Assembly (NCBI GenBank): GCA_001179505.1
Contig: CDMY01000182.1
Span: forward strand, 62,001-126,000
Reading direction: 5' to 3'
DNA from: Vitrella brassicaformis CCMP3155
Lineage: Eukaryota > Protista > Chromerida
Length of the DNA stretch: 64,000 bases
In this document: positions 55,100 through 64,000 of the stretch, piece by piece
How positions within the stretch are numbered: position 1 is the stretch's first letter
Layout: each line of letters starts with the position of its first letter
Made by a program: the position numbers and the translations under genes
Notes under the pieces: generated by a model
The model's input: only the letters and a program-made list of their open reading frames with translations
What the model was told of the DNA's origin: nothing
Database searches by the model: none

Positions 55100-56070
55100 T
55101 GTGGCATCGTCAAAGAAACATCCTTTTGATGAGAAGAATTGTAGATACGGCATCCAAGAGGTCCCCAAAGAGGTCGGCAGCGGATTGTACTGCGTCGCAG
55201 TGCACGTATGTGGCGAAGAGGAATCCTTGACTGACGACTGGAGCCACTGTCAGTCAGAACACCTGTTTCCTTGTTGGTTGCCACTTCATGCAGGACGTGA
55301 AGATCAAGATCCCCGTCGGCAAGGAATACGTCATTTCAACGCACCGGGTTGGGGAGGCATACTTCATTGCAAACGGATTCGTGGATTCAGTCCACATCAA
55401 ATACAGCGAGGAAGAAGAAAAAACCTACTGGTTCAAGTGGCTTAGTAGAGCGACACACATGCACAGCCACTGAGAGACACTGAAGACGATATGTGGATGT
55501 GCACACATGCACACCGCAGGCGCTGCGGCGTGGAAGTCCACCCCAAACCCTAAGTCCACCCGCGCCTTCGTTGAAACAGGTACAAGGCCGACAAATGGAG
55601 GGCGCTCGAGTGGTATACGCTGTTTGTGTGTGTCCGTGGCCCATACAGGTGCATCTGCTGAGTTGTCGTCTGCTGCCCGTCTGCGGCTTTCGCTGGTCCA
55701 GCAGAAGATGCAGCACGGCAAGGCCATGTACAAGGCCGCCATAGCAATGCACGAGGCCGCCATAGCGACGCACGCGGCCGCCATTGACATCATCGAGACC
55801 GCCGAGCGCCAGCTGGGCGCCATCGACACGGGGGCCAACGGAGGCGCATTCATCCAACACACACAGCAGACCGAAGGTATATAAAGCCACTCATCTTGAC
55901 GCCACATGCATGTGGATATGCACTTACTTACGGGCTGCCTGTGTGTGTGTGTGCAGGTAACGCGCAAGCAGTTTAAGATCAAGGAGCACTGCAAAGCTCC
56001 CTCTGCCTCCAGTGTGGGCGCCCAATGCACACATTCGATCGTGCGACTACATGAAAGGATGCTTCTGTGA
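55100..56070 (+). CDS. Putative hypothetical protein, multi-exon (start uncertain)
   Basis: In-phase exons GSGLYCVAVH|DVKIKIPVGKEYVISTHRVGEAYF..., AAAWKSTPNPKSTRAFVET and ASAELSSAARLRLSLVQQKMQHGKAMYKAAIAMHEAAI with GT-AG junctions. No recognisable domain. Confidence 0.4.
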
Positions 56071-56262
56071 CGAATACTACCCTTAGCTCGCTACCGGAAG
56101 GAGAGGAATGGTAACACGACCATAGGGACCAACCATTGTATGTGGGTATCTATGGGACACACACAGGGGTGGGTGCCATGAAAGGGGTCCGTCCGTCCGT
56201 CCATCCATGGGCGACCTTGTTTTCTTCGCTCTGTGTGTGTGTGTGGGGGGGGGGGGGGGGGC

Positions 56263-56562
56263 NNNNNNNNNNNNNNNNNNNNNNNNNNNNNNNNNNNNNN
56301 NNNNNNNNNNNNNNNNNNNNNNNNNNNNNNNNNNNNNNNNNNNNNNNNNNNNNNNNNNNNNNNNNNNNNNNNNNNNNNNNNNNNNNNNNNNNNNNNNNNN
56401 NNNNNNNNNNNNNNNNNNNNNNNNNNNNNNNNNNNNNNNNNNNNNNNNNNNNNNNNNNNNNNNNNNNNNNNNNNNNNNNNNNNNNNNNNNNNNNNNNNNN
56501 NNNNNNNNNNNNNNNNNNNNNNNNNNNNNNNNNNNNNNNNNNNNNNNNNNNNNNNNNNNNNN
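56263..56562. other. Assembly gap (300 N) flanked by poly-G tracts
   Basis: Run of N with G-runs on both sides. Confidence 0.99.
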
Positions 56563-57326
56563 GGGGGGGGGCATCTGCACCGCACTTTTTGACCCGCAAT
56601 TGCCGCTCGCTCCCCCCCCCTCTTCCCCCGCTCTCTCGTGTTATGTGTGTATGATTTGCTATACGACGACCTTTGAACTTTCGGACACGCCACCAATATA
56701 TATATAGACTATTTCAAAGCGCACATGAAGTCTTTTTGTTTTTTTGTTTTTCATTTTCATTTTCATTTTCGTTTTTCATTATCGGTTCCAATTCTCATTT
56801 CCACCACGCCCCGCTAGCACTCAAGTCCCGTTTCACTAGTGATTATCGCTGCCCGGCCGTTGCGTTTGTTTGGTCATTTTCACTGTTACTTTCTGCGTCG
56901 TGCTGCAAGTTTAATCCCATGTCTCCCCACCTTTTTTTTTCTTTTAAACCTCATTTTGTGACTGCAAAGCAGCACGACGAATGTGCATTAATCTCGCCAT
57001 TAGAAGGAAGAAGGAACCAACGAAGAGGCTGGCCATGAATGACTTATCCATTGTCTCTGTCTTGTCCATCCACCAGTCCAGGTGATGATCTTCCCTAACA
57101 TGATCTTCCCTAACATAGCAGAGATCATTGCTAAGGAGGTGAGCATCTCTCCGTCTTCTTCTGCGATGCCCATTCTGGAGAAATGCGCGGGTATTCTCGT
57201 GCTGATTACGATTGAAGCCTTCATGGAGACCATTCTGATTACCGTCCGTGAGACATGATCACAATGGTGGACACACAACACACATGACACCCACACACAT
57301 GGATGGATGGATGGATGTGCACTCAG

Positions 57327-57700
57327 TTACCTTCGCAGCCTCGCACGCTCCTTAATGCGCTCCCATGCCCACCCCTCGCTGCCCTCCCTCTCCGCCTCCT
57401 TCTCCTCCTCTACATCGTCCTCTGACTGGTCATCAAAATCCTCTCTCTGTCTCTGTGGGCTGCGCAGAGGAGGCTTCTTGCTGCCCCCTCCCCCCAAGTT
57501 GTGAGCCACGTACGAGTGGCAGTGAACAGGTGCGTGTTTGTGTTATACCACTGGTAGGCAAGAGAGAGAGAATGAGCTCGTCCTCACCATCATCAGAGGC
57601 TGAGGTTACAGGTAAAGGCTCACAGACATATCATCGTCTCTTGCGATCCCTCTCTATGTCCTCCGCCGTCGCTGAGGATGGTGCATGCTGGCGTGTTTGT
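57327..57700 (-). CDS. Possible terminal exon(s) of a small acidic hypothetical protein
   Basis: Charged open frame SKKPPLRSPQRQREDFDDQSEDDVEEEKEAERE...RIKERARLRR ending in a stop at 57327. Upstream exons unresolved. Confidence 0.25.
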
Positions 57701-58116
57701 CGCGTGATTGAGAGTTGGTCGTTTGACGCAGTTCATTTCATGAGAGACCGACAGACTCTACCTGCCGTTACGCTATGACTCATCAATGTGTTTCCACAGG
57801 AGCCCAGATTTGCTAGGGTTTGTTACGTAATACAAGATCTCCATCTCTAAACCACCCACATATCCACGGACACACACACACACACACACACGTGTCAAAA
57901 ATCGCATACATTCGTGCAGCCATTCGTTCTTCGTCACAGGAGAGAGGGGAGGGGAACGGGGGTATCAACAGTGTATGTTAACATGCACGCGCCAGTCAGT
58001 CAGTCAGTCACAAAAATCTAGCAGCATCTCATCGACCTTCTTACATAGACGCGCTCACCCACGCACACGAGGGAGGCCGTGCGCACGCCGAGACATCCTG
58101 GACGCCCTCACGCCAT

Positions 58117-61100
58117 TCACGCGGCGACGGCCACCTTAGTCTCCTCTTGCTGGTCCTCCTCTTCTGACGGCGGCTCCACCCAACGGCCGTGCTCCTGACA
58201 GACGCACACAGAGCGAGACACAGAGAGAGACAGGGAGGCACAGGTTGGTGTCGTGTCTCGTGTGAATGGGCTGTGTTGTGTGGCTCAGTGGGTGGCTGAC
58301 CTTGATGAGGTCCACGAGTCTGTCGCAGGCCTCCTCGTTGGGGATGCCCCGCTTGACCACCTCCTTTCCCACATACAGGTCGACCTTCCCAGGCGCCCCA
58401 CCCACATAGCCGAAGTCCGCATCCGCCATCTCACCCGGACCATTGACGATGCACCTACAAACACAACACACAACACACAACACACAGCGCCCACAGTGTG
58501 CTCATGCCGCCCGTGAGCGTGTTTCGTGGCTCTGAGCGCTTACCCCATGACAGCGATTGAGACGCCCGGCAGGTGTCCCGTTTTCTGCCGTATCTGTTCG
58601 GTGACCTCCTGCAGGTCGAATAGCGTCCGACCGCACGAGGGGCACGAGATGAACTCGGTCTTGATGTTGCGCATCCGGGAACCCTAAAAGCGTGTGGATG
58701 TGCCTGTGTGGTGCTGCAGCTCCGTGCGTGTGTGAATGAGTGTGGCCTCACTTGAAGGATGCTGAAAGAGATGAGCCTGAGGTCCTCAAGGGAGAGCGGG
58801 GCGGAGGCGGGCAGACCACCCTGTGGGAACACCCCCACACACAGGTACCATGGTGTGTGCTTGTGTGTGCCTGTGCTACGCTATGCGTCTGTGTATCCAC
58901 TCCCCTCTCACCTCGACCTCGACCATGATTCCCTCGCCGAGTGCGTCCACCAGCAGAGACCCCACCTCCACACCGCTTGATATCACCAAATCCTGCACAC
59001 ACAACACAACCACACGCGCAAATGGATGCGACACATAGATATCTGCAGCCGCATCCCCGGCCACCCACATACGCACATACGCACAGACCTCAGCGTCGCT
59101 CGCCTCCTCTTGGGTAAAGTAGAGGTGGTGGATCACTGCCACCCTCAGGCCCGCGCGCTTGATGTGGTCGAACACCCTCCTCGAGGCGTGCAACCGACTC
59201 AACGACGGCTTGATGCGCAACAGAATCAAGGCCGGGGACGGCTGAAACACCACACACACACACACACGCACACGTCGGTTGTGCAGGGTTTGCTGTGTGT
59301 CTGTCTGTCTGTCTCTCTGGTTTCCCATGTTGGTTCGTACTTTCATTGTGCTGAGCTGCTGGAGCTCGTCATCGGTCTCATCGCCTTCCACCTCAACCGC
59401 AAGACGAATCACACCCTCGGGGAGCGCATAACCTGCACGCCCACATCCACCCACGGATGGATGGACGAGTGCATAGAAATGTGTGTGTGCAGCGGTTGTG
59501 TGTGTGTGTGTGTCTACCGTCAGGGCCGGTATCTCTGATGTACTCCTTCAGAGTTATCACCCCAACCGCATCGGCGACTGTGGGTGATTGAGTGGGTGAG
59601 CGTGTGTGCAGAGCACAGAGGACAACAAATGCCATCGATTTTGGCTTGTGCGAGTGGTCTGTGTATCTTCGTGCTTTGCTTCTGTGGCTCACGTGGCTTT
59701 GCCCTCAGCTCTGCCATGGGCGCCAGGATGCCCACGTTCACCTACAGAGAGGTATCCCATAACACACATCGCATTGCATTTTCGCGAAAAGCTGTGCCAC
59801 GTGGGTATGTACAGCGCACATACCTCCTGCAGTCGTCTGAGTGCGAGCCTCCTGCCGGCGTCGTCCGTGTCGGGCAGGCGGCGCATGAAGATCGAGTCGC
59901 TCGTGGCGATGTCCTTGAAGGGCATACCCACCACCAGCTTGCACCCAAGCTGCGCGTACAGCTTGTCCTGTGACACACAGCGCCACACAACGGGGAGCGG
60001 TCAGGGGGGCTGTTGGGTGGCTGGGTACACCCTCACAGGTTGTTGCAGGTCGTCAAGTGTGACGGCGCTGAGGACCGATCCGTCTCGGTTGAGGAGGCCC
60101 CGCACGTCCCACGTGTCCGACGGCTCCTGGGAGGGAAGATCCACCTGGGGTCGCGCAATCACATACACACATAGATACAACAACATGCAGCAATCGAGTC
60201 GATGTGCGCATATTCATGAGCTTGGTGTGTGTCTGTCTCGTGTTGTGTCTGTCGTGGTGTACTGTACGCACCTCTCTCCTCGAGAAGGTCTGGAAGTCGC
60301 GTGTAGTCTCTTCGAACTCGGGGACAGCCAACTGCACACAAACACACCACATCACATCACATCACATCAACTACAAGTGCGGTGGGTGGGGAGGCAGTGG
60401 CTGCATCAAGCACCTGTTTCTGTCTCGCTTCGGGTGTCAGTTTGCTCCTGGCGATGTCGGCCAGCTTCCCACAGGGCGTCAGCTCGTACCACGGGTCCTG
60501 ACAAGCAGGTGGAGGGGACAAACACACACACACGTTGAAACATCCACCCAAATGTGTGCATACGTTTGTGTGAGGATCTGTCTGCGCGCGAGTGTGCGTG
60601 TCGGTGGGGTGGCTCCCTCGCCCCCTCCCTCCCTCCTTGCTGCATATGGTACGTACCTCAGTGAGTGAGACCCTGATTGTGTCGCCGATGCCGTCCTGCA
60701 GCAGCGCGCCGATGCCTATGGCGCTCTTGATGCGACCATCCTCACCTGCAAGACAACACACCATTCACAACTACCTGTTTGTGTGTGTACTGTGGGATAT
60801 TCTGCCTCTCACCTTCGCCCGCCTCGGTGACGCCCAGGTGTATGGGGTAGGCGAAGCCGCGCGCATACATCTCGGCTACCAACAGCCGATATGCCTGCAC
60901 ACGCACATTGACAAATCGATAGGTAGGTGATACAGACAGGCGCGTGTGTCGGCGTGTGTGTATGGGGGCAGGGGGATACCTGCGCCATGACTAGCGGGTT
61001 GCTGGCCTTCATCGAGAAGCAGAAATTGTGATAGTCGTTGGCCCTGACACCCATACACGTATTGGGTATGACATGGCTGAATATGCGGGCACCTGCTGCC

Positions 61101-62769
61101 CCCCTCCCTCCCTCCCCCAGCACAATTCCCTCCCCACCGGCAGATGTCTGCAAATTCCAGCGCCGACTCGACCATGCCTCTCGGGGTGTCACCTGCACAC
61201 ACCCACCCCACAGACGCATCTTCATGTGTGTACATCCCTTATGTGTGTGTAGATCCGATCCGTGTGTTATGGGTGGGTACCGACCGAAGAAAGAGAGGAT
61301 CCTGTTGCTGAGAGAGCCGTGGTTGGTGCCGATGCGCATCGCCCGGCCCAGTGACTTGCACTTCTCAACCAAAGGGGTGAACAGCTGATGGATTGTACGT
61401 ACCCAGGTGCCCAGACACAACGTCACACTTGTGTGTAGGGACGGACATACAGCACGGCCTCTCTGCGTGTGTCCGTGTCTGTGGCCTCTCGCTAATTAAC
61501 CTCTTCGATGCGCTCACGGCCCTTCAGGAAGTCACTGTAGTCGTCAAACACCTGAACAACGCACACACACGCGGTCATGCGAACTATCTGCACGCACAAT
61601 GCACAGTGTGGGCGCTCGCGGCACTTACCAGTTGGTCGAATTTCTTGGCCCCGTCGGCGAAGTTGCCTGGGTTGACGCGCACCTTCTCAAAGGCGTCGGC
61701 AACCATCATGGCCACCTGTCACACCACACACAAGACCACACACGAGACAACACATCCATTCATGATCCATCCATCCATCCAGGGCTGGGTGGCTGACCTT
61801 TGGGGCAAAGTGTATGTCGGCCACGAGAGGGATGTCGTATCCTTTTTTGAAGAGCTCCTCGCGGATGGCGGCGGCGGCCTCGGCCTCCTTGAGGCCCTGC
61901 ACCGTCAGACGACAGATGTCCGCACCCGCATCGGCGATACGCATCACCTAATCCAACCAACCAGCCAGCCAATGCAAGGCACAGGAAGGCGTTCAGGATT
62001 CAGGTCAGGTCAGGTCACTCGGGCAGCGGCCATGTTTGTCCGTGTGCGTGTCACGTCACCTGCTCGACACTGGCTTTGACGTCTCTAGTGTCTGACGTGG
62101 TCATCGTCTGCAACGCGATGCGATGCTGGCCGCCTGCATCCGTCGCGTCGCACCCATACACAAGGTCGAGTGACGTGCACGTCTGCAGTGCATGCCAGCC
62201 AACAGTGTGTGCCCGCACCTACCTATCGGCACTTTGCCGATCCACACGGTCTGCGAAGGAAACCTGCAAGACAAAAGGCGTCCGTCCATGAGTGAGCGCT
62301 CGGAGGCAGGCAGACATGACATAACGATAGACGGCGGTCGATGGACTGTGCTGACCTCTCAGTGGTCCTCAGCGACTCGCAGTACTTCTTGAGGTCGGCC
62401 GGCGACGTCTGTCCGGGCATCAGGATGGGCGACGCTGCCTCGGTGTCCATCAGCTACACACAGCATGCACAAACACAACACAGCACAGGACGCTCTCATG
62501 CAGCTGACGTTGTGCCATGATGTGCTGCACTCACGTATTGACTGCGCCGTAGCCTCTGAAGACGCGGACCGTCAGACCTGCACAATTTAACACACCAGAG
62601 CCATATGGTACAGACAGACAGCCATTGCCTGCACACAGGTAGACAGACGCACACACACACACACACACCTGAGTGGTGTTGTGCCAGGCACCACGAATGC
62701 GCCGCCAATCTCGCCGCATCGACCAACGTGACTGCCTGCCAACAGCAGGAGCAGTGCGGCTGAGCGCAT
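58117..62769 (-). CDS. ispG: (E)-4-hydroxy-3-methylbut-2-enyl-diphosphate synthase (IspG/GcpE), plastid-targeted long form
   Basis: [99 protein letters not shown]; 4Fe-4S cysteines in [12 protein letters not shown] and AVMG|CIVNGPGE. Stop at 58117-58119. Confidence 0.96.
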
Positions 62770-63045
62770 GGCAGAGCCAGCCACGCACTTCATTCACGGA
62801 CGCCCGAGATGCGATGTGACGCAGATCAAAATCCGCACCGGATGTCAAACTCTGACCTTTTTTGGCTTGGCCAGCGTCTTATTGCAAGCGCATGACCTCG
62901 GATCTTGGCGAAAAAGGTGGTCGCCTCTTGCGAGCTTTTCAATACAGGGTGTTTCAATACAGCAACGCGCATTGCGAAGAAGCAGAGCGCTGCCAGGCCT
63001 TGTTGCAATCGATTAAGTTTGTTTTAAGTCCGCGAAGGCGCAGAG

Positions 63046-64000
63046 ATGTCGTCGTCGTCGAGTGGCAGCGGAGATCCGAAGAAGATGCGTCTGCTGTCGC
63101 TGACACTGTACCGCTGGAAGCCCGACCACCCGGTGGAGCTGTCGAGTCACTATGACCTCTCCCACTTCCCCTTCTTCCAGCGCAAGACGGTGCAGGAGCA
63201 CATTCGGTTCCACAGCCGGCTGATATGCGCCCGCACGCCCGTCGGCCGCCGCCAGTCGGTGGAGTTCGAGCAGAACCTCGGCAACTGCCACGTGTACGTG
63301 CACCCATCGGGCCTCGCAGCCGCCGTACTCACCAGCGCAGAGTACCCAATGCGGGTGGCTTTCTCGATGCTCAGCGAAGTCCTCAGGCTATTCCAAGACG
63401 TATGTAAGCACGGAGCGGAGAGCATTTGTCGCTCTGCATCGCACCCTACCATTGTGGGAGAGAGGGAGGGAGGGAGGGAGGGGCATGGCACGCACAGCAT
63501 AACACAAACACTGATGATTTTTCCAATTTTCCTCGTGTGTTTTGTGTTGTGTTGTGTGCAGAAGTATGGTGGTCAGTGGGAGAACACCGACGCCGACAGG
63601 TCCATCGGCTTCACGGAGGGCGACGAGTACGTCAAGAAGTTCCAAAACCCCGCAGAGGCTGACAAACTCACCAAAGTGCAAAAGGACCTGGACGAGGTCA
63701 GTCAGCCACCGGTGGCATGCCATGCCATCCACATGGGGCAGGCAGCAGACATTAAAACAAAACGACCGATTGATCAGCGCATGTGCGTGTGTGTACGTGT
63801 GGGTGTAGGTGAAGGACGTGATGCTCAAGTCCATAGGTGAGATGCGCTGCTCGTTAGCTACACACACACACACTCATCCACAGACACACCAGACCCTTGT
63901 GTGTGACGTGACCTGGCGTGTGTGTTGTCGTCCGTCCATTCATTTATCAGAGGATTTGCTGCAGCGTGGCGAGACGCTCGATTCGCTCATGCAGAAGAGC
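63046..64000 (+). CDS. YKT6: Longin R-SNARE Ykt6, partial (continues beyond the window)
   Basis: Longin domain YDLSHFPFFQRKTVQEHIRF...YPMRVAF; NPAEADKLTKVQKDLDE|VKDVMLKSI|EDLLQRGETLDSLMQKS. Confidence 0.93.

Noticed and set aside
10079-62915. E2F-like TTT(C/G)GCG/C motifs near 10079, 23926 and 62904
   Set aside because: Short, inexact, and expected by chance in GC-rich DNA.

Overview
Eukaryotic nuclear DNA: GC-rich, intron-dense, with introns full of (GT)n, (GTCT)n, (CA)n and (GATG)n microsatellites and two 300-N assembly gaps. The intron style and a nuclear IspG with a signal peptide followed by Phe suggest an alveolate with a complex plastid, most likely the chromerid Vitrella brassicaformis (inference). 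Left to right: a secreted Trp/Gly-rich repeat protein (minus, runs off the left edge), a Patched/NPC1-family sterol-sensing-domain protein, a divergent HDEL-ending BiP/Hsp70, an F-box-like lineage-family gene, MTHFR, an unresolved micro-exon gene, a multi-TM plus RNI-like LRR protein, V-ATPase subunit E, an RRM plus NYN/PIN nuclease, a type I PRMT, a NASP/SHNi-TPR histone chaperone, a chimeric SET-like/Tudor-like/F-box-like gene with apparent lesions, a very large USP7/UBP12-like deubiquitinase, small hypothetical genes, IspG (GcpE) and YKT6 (runs off the right edge). The most notable observations are the Trp-rich protein built from micro-exons, two recent ~200-bp local duplications near gene 5' ends (one gives the chimeric gene a copy of the NASP first exon that can splice in frame), a run of chromatin and ubiquitin genes, and complementary microsatellites at opposite ends of introns. 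All gene models were spliced by eye, so outer boundaries are approximate where stated.
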